From: Candidatus Woesearchaeota archaeon
Lineage (GTDB): Archaea > Nanobdellota > Nanobdellia > Woesearchaeales > UBA10200
NCBI GenBank assembly: GCA_016180275.1
Contig: JACPBN010000006.1
Span: forward strand, 1-45,229
Reading direction: 5' to 3'
Length of the DNA stretch: 45,229 bases
Part shown: positions 35,649 through 44,258 of the stretch, piece by piece
Numbering within the stretch: the first letter of the stretch is position 1
Layout of the letters: every line of letters begins with the position of its first letter
The notes under the pieces: model-generated
Databases searched by the model: none
What the model was told of the DNA's origin: nothing
Seen by the model: the letters and a program-made list of their open reading frames with translations, nothing else
Position numbers and translations under genes: made by a program

Positions 35649-36995
35649 ATGGCAGATTTACCGTTATTAAATCCTTGGTGGAAAGGAAGGCAATACATAC
35701 AAGAAGACAAGCATATCAAGGAGTATGAGGAAAAAAAGTATAAATGGGAGCCAAAGCTTGAGATAAAATTATTGCCGGACAATATTTTCACTTTACGCGG
35801 CCCAAGGCAAGTAGGCAAGACAACATTAATGAAGCTCTTTATCAGGAACCTGCTTAAAGAGAATATTGATGAAAAAGCCATATTTTTCTGGAGCTGTGAT
35901 GAACTGGTTGATTTTAGGGAGCTAGCTGTAGTATTAAGAGAGTATTTGAGCTTTTCTGAAGGCATAAGAGAGAGATATATGTTCTTAGATGAAGTCTCAA
36001 AAATAAAAGAATGGCAGAGAGCAGTAAAAAGCCTGCATGATTCAGGAGAATTAAAAGGGTGCTGTATGATGCTGACTGGATCGCATACGCTTGACATAAA
36101 GCATGGCGCTGAATTAATGCCAGGGAGAACAGGAAAGCTTGGCAAAGATGTAAAATTGTTGCCTATGTCATTTTCAGAGTATGTAAAAGTCATTAAACCT
36201 GAGATTGCTGCGAAAATAAAGAAAATAAACCTAAAAAAGATTTCACATAAAGACATCAAAGCAGCAAAAATATTTGATTCTGAATTAAAAAAGCTGTTTA
36301 GCCAATACCTCATTACTGGCGGGTTTCCACTTGTTATCAATGAGTTTCATAACAACAAAGAGATTCCAGAATACGTTTACGAATTGTATTACAGATGGGT
36401 TATTGGAGATATTGTCAAATGGGGCAGGCAAGAAAAAATAGCAATACAGCTATTGAAATCAATTATAGTAAAGCAAAGCTCTGCCATCAGCTGGGACTCA
36501 TTGGCAAAAGAAGCTGAAATCAAGAGTCATAAGACAGTTTCTGCCTATGTGGAAGATTTTGAGAATATGTTTGTGTTACTAGTGCTTTATTACTTGGAGA
36601 TTAACAAAAAGCTGCCTGATTTTGCCAAAAATAAAAAATTATATTTTATTGACCCATTTATCTACCACATATTCAGAAAAAAGATATATTTTAAGGATAT
36701 TGAGATAGGGCCAGAGCTTATTGAAGCAGCAGCAGCTTCTAACTTAGCAAGGCTATCAGATGTTGGCTTGTTTCCAAAAGCATATTATTGGAAAAACAAA
36801 TTTGAAGTAGATGTTTTACTGAACATTAAAGATAGCCTATTTCCATTTGAGATCAAATACCAGAATACAATAAGAAGAGAAGACTATCGCGGCTTATTTC
36901 ATTTTAACAAAGGAATCTTAGTCACTAAACACACATTAGAGCTTGGCAATAAATACAATGCTATCCCTGCGCATATATTGCTTGCAATGATCTGA
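35649..36995 (+). CDS. AAA+ ATPase, AAA_14 plus DUF4143 type
   Basis: LLNPWWKGR start motif, Walker A GPRQVGKT, Walker B YMFLDEVS. Same family as 20412-21662. Confidence 0.85.
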   Translation: MADLPLLNPWWKGRQYIQEDKHIKEYEEKKYKWEPKLEIKLLPDNIFTLRGPRQVGKTTLMKLFIRNLLKENIDEKAIFFWSCDELVDFRELAVVLREYLSFSEGIRERYMFLDEVSKIKEWQRAVKSLHDSGELKGCCMMLTGSHTLDIKHGAELMPGRTGKLGKDVKLLPMSFSEYVKVIKPEIAAKIKKINLKKISHKDIKAAKIFDSELKKLFSQYLITGGFPLVINEFHNNKEIPEYVYELYYRWVIGDIVKWGRQEKIAIQLLKSIIVKQSSAISWDSLAKEAEIKSHKTVSAYVEDFENMFVLLVLYYLEINKKLPDFAKNKKLYFIDPFIYHIFRKKIYFKDIEIGPELIEAAAASNLARLSDVGLFPKAYYWKNKFEVDVLLNIKDSLFPFEIKYQNTIRREDYRGLFHFNKGILVTKHTLELGNKYNAIPAHILLAMI

Positions 36996-37080
36996 ATTAT
37001 ATTTAAATGCAGATAGCAACTATAAGGCTCAGATGATAAATATCCCATGCACGCGTATACCACTCACGAGCAGAAAATCA

Positions 37081-37093
37081 AAAGTTTTATATA
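37081..37093 (+). promoter_or_regulatory. BRE/TATA box aaagttttatata
   Basis: Consensus-like, ~110 nt before the next start. That gene has an SD, so a leadered transcript is plausible. Confidence 0.4.
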
Positions 37094-37202
37094 CAATCGC
37101 TGATTATAATTATTAAAAAAGAGGAAAGCAAATAAAACATGAAAAGAGGCAGATGAAGTTCTGCTTTTAATAAGAGCTAATAAAAAGTTATAAGAGGTGT
37201 TG

Positions 37203-38207
37203 ATGATGGTTGAATTAGGATTAGCATTCAAGAATACTAGCGCAGGCACATTTAATTCTATGCTGAGATATTGGGAAATGCGTTATGAAATTAAGAATTT
37301 GACAAAAGATGAAGCTGCTGTCAAAAGTGATGATGCTATTGTTAGAAAAAGCATTGAAAGGCATAATGTTGAAGCAGCACAAGCTGCGATAAAGAAATTA
37401 GATACAGATGCCCAGCTGGCATTTACAGCTGTCCATAAGCTTGTCCAAAATGATTTTCTAAGCCTGAAAGTATTAGGCAGAGTTATCTTGGAAGCAGAGG
37501 GTGTTTTGCATGATCAGGTTAAAGAGTTAAAAGAAGCCGAAAAAAATAAATTATTATCTCCTCAAGAAGTAAGACAACAATTAGCTTTGCTTGCAAAAGA
37601 TGAATCTGATATTGGGCATTTATCTACGGCAAGAATATTTGATCTGCTTAATAGGGCAAGATTGGCTGTTAATGGATTAATGCATTTAATTCAAGGCGAG
37701 ATGGATTCTGCATTTTTTGTAAAAACTAGATTCTTTGCTGATGGAAGATGGGTAAACTATTTTGTGATGAGGTATGAAGCTGCCCAATTAAGAAGAAGCA
37801 TTACCAAAGCACATTCGAGAGAAGGGGCATTAAAGAAGCATGCAAATGCCATTAACAAGCTGATTAAATTTAAGAAAGGTGGAAAAAGTGAAGCAGAAGA
37901 ATTCGGAGCAGAGGAAAAAGATATGCATATATTCGTAGCATTGCTAAAAGATGCTTTTGTCGATGTATATAAAGTGTTTGTCAGAAGCTTATTGATGTTT
38001 GAAAAGATGATTAAGATAATAAAAAGAGAAGAGTTTGATGTAAAAAAATGGGTTTCACAATATGAAATACCTGCATCAATGGGCGAAATAGATAAAACTG
38101 CTAAAGAGAAGTTGCTTGGATATGCAAAAGCTACTTTAATTAATATTAATAGAGATATCAACCAACTGGATTCCTTGAGATCTCAGATTGGGAAAGCAGC
38201 AGTATAA
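37203..38207 (+). CDS. Helical/coiled-coil protein (~334 aa), unknown family
   Basis: Long ORF. SD aagagg(tg) at 37192-37199 favours ATG 37203 or 37206 over the track GTG 37197. Confidence 0.7.
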   Translation: MMVELGLAFKNTSAGTFNSMLRYWEMRYEIKNLTKDEAAVKSDDAIVRKSIERHNVEAAQAAIKKLDTDAQLAFTAVHKLVQNDFLSLKVLGRVILEAEGVLHDQVKELKEAEKNKLLSPQEVRQQLALLAKDESDIGHLSTARIFDLLNRARLAVNGLMHLIQGEMDSAFFVKTRFFADGRWVNYFVMRYEAAQLRRSITKAHSREGALKKHANAINKLIKFKKGGKSEAEEFGAEEKDMHIFVALLKDAFVDVYKVFVRSLLMFEKMIKIIKREEFDVKKWVSQYEIPASMGEIDKTAKEKLLGYAKATLININRDINQLDSLRSQIGKAAV

Positions 38208-38300
38208 ACCTGCTTAATTTATTTTATTAACTGTTTTAATTTATTTTTTTAGTATTATAAGTTGATTAGATTACTAACATAAAAAAGAGGCCAGATACCA

Positions 38301-38693
38301 ATGATGGAAACAAAGGATTTTGTAAGCGGATTTGTCGGGTTCCTGTTGGCAGCTTTAGGAGCACTGCCATTATTGAGCAAGATGGGAGTTGGGCCAACAT
38401 GGTTTGCATTGCAGGGGTTTCCTATACAGATAGCTGCGTATATTCTTGCAGTTGCCGGGTTTTATCTGATGATTAATTCTGTGATAGAGATAACAAACAG
38501 CAATGCAGTAGGGTGGATGAGCTTTATGATTGCAGTCGGTGTTATGGCTGTTGGGATTTTGCAGGTATTATTTAGATTTCATATAGGGCCGCCGCAGTTT
38601 GAGCTGAGCTTTATCAAAGACACATTCTATTATGTCATTTTCTTAGTGCAGGGCATATTCCTGATGATAGCGATGTTTGCGATGGAGCTGTAG
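38301..38693 (+). CDS. Small integral membrane protein (about 4 TM)
   Basis: Hydrophobic segments FVGFLLAALGALPLL, IQIAAYILAVAGFYLMI, WMSFMIAVGVMAVGILQVL, YYVIFLVQGIFLMIAMFA. SD aagagg upstream. Confidence 0.7.
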   Translation: MMETKDFVSGFVGFLLAALGALPLLSKMGVGPTWFALQGFPIQIAAYILAVAGFYLMINSVIEITNSNAVGWMSFMIAVGVMAVGILQVLFRFHIGPPQFELSFIKDTFYYVIFLVQGIFLMIAMFAMEL

Positions 38694-38767
38694 GGTTACA
38701 TTTTATAATGCATATAATCTAAAAAATCTTAATTTTATAGGATGGATGATATATTTTTAGTGGTTAC

Positions 38768-38869
38768 AGATGTACCCCTAATTTGGGTACGAATGTACCA
38801 AAAGATTTAAATAGATGAAAGAGATTCTAGGATACAAATGTACCCATAACTTGGGTACAAACGTAACCA
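38768..38869. promoter_or_regulatory. Promoter with two ~33-bp direct repeats, each containing the inverted repeat gtaccc...gggtac, flanking the TATA box aaagatttaaatag
   Basis: Copy 1 agatgtacccctaatttgggtacgaatgtacca (38768-38800). TATA 38801-38814. Copy 2 aaatgtacccataacttgggtacaaacgtaacca (38836-38869). Confidence 0.55.
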
Positions 38870-39267
38870 TGAACATAGACAACCATCTGGAAAGATTGAA
38901 AGAAAGCATTGAAGCATTTGATGAAGCGATAATAAAGGACATTGTAAAAAAGCAAAGAAATATCGGATTTAATGCTTCTGCGGCAGCAGCAGATATGTTT
39001 GAGATTTTTTTACATAAAAACAACCTGATAGACCCAGGCTTTGTTGTAAAGCATGAATGGTTCAAATCAAAAAATAAGGTAAAAGATAAATTCCCGTATG
39101 AGTTTGAAAAAAAGGAGGAAATTCTAGATTTAATGCATAGGGTCGAAGAAAGAAGGGATTCCCTATGTTATGGAAAACCGCAATCTGAAAAAGTTGTTGA
39201 AGACTTTATTTTAAAATTTCAGGAATTGAAAAAGCTGTTTAAAAGCATAGGTGTTGAAATTGAATAA
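38869..39267 (+). CDS. HEPN-like protein, partner of the downstream nucleotidyltransferase
   Basis: Helical protein with motif VEERRDSLCYGK (Rx5Y-G, like RNRLDYYGE at 15629). ATG 38869 is chosen because the track start 38815 sits immediately after the TATA box, upstream of any transcript it would drive. Confidence 0.5.
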   Translation: MNIDNHLERLKESIEAFDEAIIKDIVKKQRNIGFNASAAAADMFEIFLHKNNLIDPGFVVKHEWFKSKNKVKDKFPYEFEKKEEILDLMHRVEERRDSLCYGKPQSEKVVEDFILKFQELKKLFKSIGVEIE

Positions 39268-39871
39268 ACTAAAAGCTTACAGCATGGATTTTGCGTCATT
39301 TTTGCTTGAAAATATAGATGCAAGAGAAATAAGAAACATAATATTATTTGGAAGTGTAGCCAGAGATGAAGCTGATATAGATAGTGATGTAGATTTATTT
39401 ATCGATTTAGTTAGCCCAAAAAAAAAACTTGAAGAACAAATCAACGCTACTCTAGATAAGTATTACAAAACAGTGAAATATACGAACTATTGGAGGCTAA
39501 AAGGGATAGATAATCAAATTAGCCTAAAAATCGGTGACTTGAACGAGTGGAAAGACCTCAAAAATAGCATTATTTCAAATGGAATAACACTATACGGCAA
39601 GTTTAAAGATACTCCTAATGGAGCAGAGCATAAGACATTATTTTCCTGGAGACAAATAAAGCCTGAATCAAAAAGAATTTCATTATCAAAAAAATTATTT
39701 GGCAGAAAAGAAAAGAAAAAATTTTATGAGGGACTTTTGCAGAAATATGCAGGCAGAAAAATAAGCACTGGCAGTATTTTGGTCCCTGATGAGCACGCCA
39801 ATATCTTCATTAGTATGTTTAAAAGCATGAAAATTGCAGTAGAAATAAGAAAAATTGTCGAGTACACATAA
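39251..39871 (+). CDS. Nucleotidyltransferase-domain protein (MNT-like)
   Basis: ILFGSVARDEADIDSDVDLFI motif. GTG 39251 overlaps the upstream gene; the alternative ATG 39284 is also possible. Confidence 0.75.
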   Translation: MLKLNKLKAYSMDFASFLLENIDAREIRNIILFGSVARDEADIDSDVDLFIDLVSPKKKLEEQINATLDKYYKTVKYTNYWRLKGIDNQISLKIGDLNEWKDLKNSIISNGITLYGKFKDTPNGAEHKTLFSWRQIKPESKRISLSKKLFGRKEKKKFYEGLLQKYAGRKISTGSILVPDEHANIFISMFKSMKIAVEIRKIVEYT

Positions 39872-39934
39872 CTAAGCAAAAGTATTATAAACAATAAAAT
39901 ATTCTTCACTTATTAAATTAAAAAAGAGGTAAAA

Positions 39935-40645
39935 ATGGAAATAAAATTGTTTAAGAAGCCAAAAAACCCGATAATAATAAACGGGTTTCCTGGATTTGGG
40001 TTAGTAGGGACAATTGCAACTGAATTCTTATTGGATCATTTAAAGACAGAGTTTATCGGCAAGATTTGGATTGATGAACTGCAGCCAATGGTTGCTGTGC
40101 ATGAAGGGAAGTTGGTTGAGCCATTAGGTATATTTTATAATAAAAATTATAATATTGTAATAGTGCACGGCATAACTGCAATTAAAGGCTTTGAATGGAA
40201 AGTGGCAGAAGCTGTGATTGAGATTTCTCAGCAATTAAATGCAAAAGAAATTATTTGTTTGGAAGGCGTAGGCAGTTTACAGCCAACAGATGAGCCAAAA
40301 ATATATTATTATGCGTCAACAGAAAATGCCAAGCAAGGGCTAAAGAAAGCAGGCTGTGAAGATCTGAAAGAAGGCATTATAATGGGAGTAAGCGGATGCA
40401 TACTAGTTAGAGGCGATAGGTTTTTAAATTCCTGTATTTTTGCTGAAACACACAGCAATCTGCCAGATTCTAAGGCAGCAGCTAAAGTCATTGAAGTGCT
40501 TGACAAGTATTTGGGCTTAAAAGTTGATTATAAGCCATTATTAGAACAAGCTGAGAAATTTGAGGACAAACTAAAGATGATTATGCAAAAAGGCCAGGAA
40601 GCTGAAAAATTAAATGATTTGAAGAATCTGAGTTATATGGGATAA
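39935..40645 (+). CDS. PAC2-family proteasome assembly chaperone (PbaA/PbaB-like)
   Basis: PIIINGFPGFGLVGTIATEFLLDHL...IGKIWIDELQPMVAVHEGKLVEPLGIFY is the characteristic PAC2 N-terminal pattern. SD agaggt lies 6 nt upstream. Confidence 0.8.
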   Translation: MEIKLFKKPKNPIIINGFPGFGLVGTIATEFLLDHLKTEFIGKIWIDELQPMVAVHEGKLVEPLGIFYNKNYNIVIVHGITAIKGFEWKVAEAVIEISQQLNAKEIICLEGVGSLQPTDEPKIYYYASTENAKQGLKKAGCEDLKEGIIMGVSGCILVRGDRFLNSCIFAETHSNLPDSKAAAKVIEVLDKYLGLKVDYKPLLEQAEKFEDKLKMIMQKGQEAEKLNDLKNLSYMG

Positions 40646-40710
40646 TAAGAAAAAGAGGATAAAGATAAAAGAGAGGTCAATAATAATCAGCTCAAAATAT
40701 TGGTGGAAAC

Positions 40711-41118
40711 ATGATCAAACTTTTTTTTGACAGTGAAGATGCATTGTGGGGAATGATTGTAGGCGCATTAGTGCTTGGATTAGCTGGTTCGTTGCCTGGC
40801 AATATCAAGATTCCTTTTAATAAAGAAATACTTATAGGGGCATTAGTTCTTTATGTGCCAATAATTCTGATGGACATCGGGCATGAGATACATGATTTAA
40901 GCAGGCATCCGTTTTTTATTCTGCTCTCAATACTGCATAGTTTGGTTGATCTGGCGATAGTTGTAGGCTTCTTTGCATTGTTTTTTAATTTTAACCTGCC
41001 TTATATCTCTGAGTTTGTTGTGCCATTATTAAAGAACGCTTCGACACTGATTTATGTTGGATATTTCTTTCTGGTAGGCAATTTTATCTGGTTAGTGCTT
41101 TATCCGTTTGTGATGTGA
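40711..41118 (+). CDS. Small integral membrane protein (about 4 TM)
   Basis: Hydrophobic segments; SD ggtgg upstream. Confidence 0.65.
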   Translation: MIKLFFDSEDALWGMIVGALVLGLAGSLPGNIKIPFNKEILIGALVLYVPIILMDIGHEIHDLSRHPFFILLSILHSLVDLAIVVGFFALFFNFNLPYISEFVVPLLKNASTLIYVGYFFLVGNFIWLVLYPFVM

Positions 41119-41226
41119 TGAGTGAGAGTTTTAGTATTAGGCACTATGACAATAGCTTGTTTCTTAGCTGATTTTGTTGATTTTAATTGGATTTTGTCGT
41201 CAATAAATATATAAAGTATATGGAAT

Positions 41227-41238
41227 AAGCTTATATAT
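41227..41238 (+). promoter_or_regulatory. TATA box aagcttatatat
   Basis: Ends 21 nt before ATG 41260. Confidence 0.5.
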
Positions 41239-41259
41239 CGTTGAATTATTAAATATTGC

Positions 41260-42141
41260 ATGTACGCAGAAGAATATCTTGACAAGCTGGCAATTGAATT
41301 AAAATTAAGAGGATTTACAGAAAGGACCATAGGTAATTATTGCTATCAGACAAAGAAGTTTCTTGAGTTTAGTAAAGTTGATCCAAAGAAAGCAAGCCAA
41401 GATGAGGTTAAGAAGTACATGGCATATTTATTGAGTGATAGAAACTACAAGGCAAGCTCTGTTAATCTGCTTGTTTCTGCATTAAAGTTCTTTTTCAATG
41501 AGATAATCAAGCATGATATAGTAAATGGCCTCAAAGCCCTAAAACAGGAGAAAAAATTGCCTACTATGCTGTCACAGGATGAGTTAAAACACTTGATAGA
41601 TGTAACAGACAATATTAAGCATAAACTGCTGATAGAGTTTATGTATAGCGCAGGATTACGTGTTAGTGAAGCAGTTAAAATCAAAGTTAACGATTTAGAT
41701 TTTGATGAGAAAATGGGAATAATTAGATCAGGCAAAGGCAGAAAAGACAGGCATATAATACTTTCTGAAAAGCTGATTGAGCAGTTAAAAGTATATTTAG
41801 CGGATAGGGATAAGAATACAAATAATGATGATGATAATGATGATAATAATAAACATAATAATGCCAGTGAATATGTATTTGCAGTTAAAGACAGGCATTT
41901 GGGCATAAGACAAGCTCAGCAGATAATTAAAGATGCAGCCATTAAAGCAAGTATTAAGAAAAGAATTTATTGCCATGCATTGAGGAGCAGTTTTGCTACG
42001 CATTTGTTGGAAGCAGGAACTGATATTAGGATAATTCAAGAGCTTTTGGGGCATAGTAATCTAGCAACGACTGAACGTTATACAAAAATAAGTAATGAGC
42101 AGCTGAAGAAGGTTATTAGCCCATTGGACATGATGGCTTAA
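41260..42141 (+). CDS. xerA: Tyrosine recombinase, XerA/XerC/XerD-like, with an N/D-rich low-complexity insertion
   Basis: N-terminal SAM-like YLxxLxxxGFTERTIxNY. Catalytic GLRVSE (R), HALRSSFATH (HxxR), LLGHSNLATTERYT (H, Y). Insertion DKNTNNDDDNDDNNKHNN at nt 41809-41862. Confidence 0.85.
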   Translation: MYAEEYLDKLAIELKLRGFTERTIGNYCYQTKKFLEFSKVDPKKASQDEVKKYMAYLLSDRNYKASSVNLLVSALKFFFNEIIKHDIVNGLKALKQEKKLPTMLSQDELKHLIDVTDNIKHKLLIEFMYSAGLRVSEAVKIKVNDLDFDEKMGIIRSGKGRKDRHIILSEKLIEQLKVYLADRDKNTNNDDDNDDNNKHNNASEYVFAVKDRHLGIRQAQQIIKDAAIKASIKKRIYCHALRSSFATHLLEAGTDIRIIQELLGHSNLATTERYTKISNEQLKKVISPLDMMA

Positions 42142-42262
42142 AGCAGCAATTTTGTATTTTGAATATATTTTTTCTTATTAATTTAACACTATTCTGTGTT
42201 TTTTAGTGTGATTAGATTTCATTCTTTTTTGATTTTTACTAGAGATTTATTTCCCATATACA

Positions 42263-42283
42263 AATAATAATAATAATAATAAT
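42263..42283. repeat. Microsatellite (aat)7
   Basis: Seven perfect aat units in the AT-rich convergent intergenic region. Confidence 0.9.
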
Positions 42284-42716
42284 ATATTTTGAAATAAATA
42301 TTTTAGTTTTTAGTTATAATTTTTAATTTTTTTTGAATATAAAATATTTAAGCGTTGTTTAAAAGTATTAGTTAATATCAGGTTTTACAAAATTAGTATA
42401 TACATTAGGTACACTAATTTTGGAATATCTTAATTTATTCTAGCAAAAAATTAATTAAATAATTAGGATATATTTAACTACACCATAATAAGTTTTAAAG
42501 GAGTTTATCCTTATTTTAGCAAAAACTGCGTCTTAGATATATTAGACGCAGATATTGTTTATATTGATTTCTTAATCTAAGAACTATACCATATTAGAAA
42601 AAATGTTAAATATAGATACAATAAGTCATACACGTTTTAGTGTATATATTTTAAGCAATAACTGCTATTTTTATTTAGTTAGTAAAGTATAAATATATAA
42701 TAAAAGATTAAAAATA

Positions 42717-43274
42717 TTAAGCAACTAGTACTTGCTGTGTAATTTTCAATAGGTTGGTTTTTGTTTGATAATCACGAAATTGCTTATCAATACTATAATA
42801 AGATCTGCCGTTTAAGTAAGTTTTAATTAATGGAACACCCTTTTCAATCATGCTAGAAATGTACTCAGTAACTAAATTTTCTGGCAACCCAAGTTTTTCA
42901 ACAAGGTCTTTATACGAAAAAGCTTTGTTTGGATTAGTGTAAAGCACTAAAAATAATCGCTTTTCTTTTGATGTTAAATGTTGAATGTGATAGGAAGTCT
43001 CACTTTTTGCCTCTTTTATAAGGTCATCTGCCTTAGCTAATCCACGCAAAAAGAGCTGTATATTATCAAGCCTTTCGTTTAACTTGGTAATTTTAGAGTC
43101 TAATTGAGAAATATACCCATAATTAGCCTGTATTTCAGAAGTATTTTCATTAATTACCTCTAAATGCTCATTTAATTCATTATTTATCTCAAGAACTATA
43201 TTTTGAACTGCATTTATGGCTTGATTTGAGCCAGAAGCAATAAATCTATCCTTTTGCATAGCTAAATCTGTCAT
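42717..43274 (-). CDS. Coiled-coil plus C-terminal winged-helix protein (185 aa)
   Basis: N-terminal heptad-like region. C-terminal KRLFLVLYTNPNKAFSYKDLVEKLGLPENLVTEYISSMIEKGVPL. Confidence 0.6.
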   Translation of the reverse strand: MTDLAMQKDRFIASGSNQAINAVQNIVLEINNELNEHLEVINENTSEIQANYGYISQLDSKITKLNERLDNIQLFLRGLAKADDLIKEAKSETSYHIQHLTSKEKRLFLVLYTNPNKAFSYKDLVEKLGLPENLVTEYISSMIEKGVPLIKTYLNGRSYYSIDKQFRDYQTKTNLLKITQQVLVA

Positions 43275-43432
43275 CTAAATCCACCCCCGTTTATAAAATT
43301 AAATTAATACATCTGGAAGATAAACATTCTAAAACCAGATAAAAATCCCCCAAGATATGATATTAGTATAGTAATTTGTAGCAGGCACTTGTATATAAAG
43401 GTTTCTGTTTTTTGGTATCTTGTCGACGAGAA

Positions 43433-43951
43433 CTAGTGTTTTTGGCTAGTAGCTTTTACCTTAACTAAATATGTTTTTTCCTTGCCTTCCCATAATGTGC
43501 TGATGTCTGAAAGCTCTTCAAGCTCCTCTAAAATGCGATAAAATGAGCTTTTAGAGCATAAACCTTGTTCCTCAACTACCATCTCCCTAAGCTGATGCGC
43601 AGAAATCTTTTCGTATTTATGAATCATGGAGACTAACATGTTCTTTAAATAATCTTTTGAGTTTTTTGTGATCTTTTTCAGCAATTTTTCACGCAAATTA
43701 GCCCTTAAATTTGATTTTTGATGTTCAATTATCTGAATTTTCTCTTGTAAGATAGGAGAAGGCTGTTGATGACTAAATGAGGTATTTTTGAACTCATTTA
43801 TCTGTGACTGTAATGTATTAAGCTTGAAATTTACGTCATGGTACAAGTAATACTCATCAATTGACTCTCTTACTAACTGCTTTACTAATTTATCATTTTT
43901 TTCTTTAAATTCTTGCATGCCAAAACTCACTTCTTGAGTAATCAGTGGCAT
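43433..43951 (-). CDS. Coiled-coil plus C-terminal winged-helix protein (172 aa), same architecture as 42717-43274
   Basis: C-terminal ISAHQLREMVVEEQGLCSKSSFYRILEELEELSDI. Minus-strand BRE/TATA-like aaaagatttttataa at ~44069-44086. Confidence 0.6.
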   Translation of the reverse strand: MPLITQEVSFGMQEFKEKNDKLVKQLVRESIDEYYLYHDVNFKLNTLQSQINEFKNTSFSHQQPSPILQEKIQIIEHQKSNLRANLREKLLKKITKNSKDYLKNMLVSMIHKYEKISAHQLREMVVEEQGLCSKSSFYRILEELEELSDISTLWEGKEKTYLVKVKATSQKH

Positions 43952-44092
43952 TAAATCATGCCTTAGCTCATGGTAAAGCTCGTATTTGATTCAACTGAGT
44001 AATTTTTTTTGGCGTTTCAGTATCCGGTTTTCTTGTAAAAAATAGCATTTTTTGATAGGTAAGTAAAGCAATTATAAAAATCTTTTGTTTTT

Positions 44093-44147
44093 TGGGATGG
44101 TCCTGGGAATATATTGGGACTATCTTGGGAACATTTTGGGAATGAAA
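44093..44147 (+). repeat. Iteron-like cluster 1: five TGGGA(A/T/C) motifs at exactly 11-bp spacing
   Basis: Motif starts at 44093, 44104, 44115, 44126 and 44137, followed by aaagcttttataatcgagaatatt. Confidence 0.85.
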
Positions 44148-44199
44148 AAGCTTTTATAATCGAGAATATTACTTATAAAAAAGCTATAAATATTTTTAG

Positions 44200-44258
44200 T
44201 GGGAATGTCTTGGGATAGTATTGGGAATGTTTTAGGAATATGATAGGAAGGAGGGAAT
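44200..44258 (+). repeat. Iteron-like cluster 2: five T(G/A)GGA(A/T) motifs at exactly 11-bp spacing, plus one irregular copy
   Basis: Motif starts at 44200, 44211, 44222, 44233 and 44244, with an extra gggaa at 44253. Followed by aaaaataatcgagaaatta. The cluster is offset 107 bp from cluster 1. Confidence 0.85.

Noticed and set aside
4757-38207. Homology among the coiled-coil proteins at 4757, 13518, 32504 and 37203
   Set aside because: Only vague local resemblances could be seen by eye (for example VKTRFFADGRWVNYF against DRTKTVHYFAGFRI), and these cannot be distinguished from coiled-coil compositional similarity. No claim is made without a proper alignment.
41100-41330. 76-aa minus-strand ORF spanning the xerA promoter region
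   Set aside because: It overlaps the end of the membrane-protein gene, the TATA box and the xerA start. There is no promoter or SD of its own, and the sequence is low-complexity.
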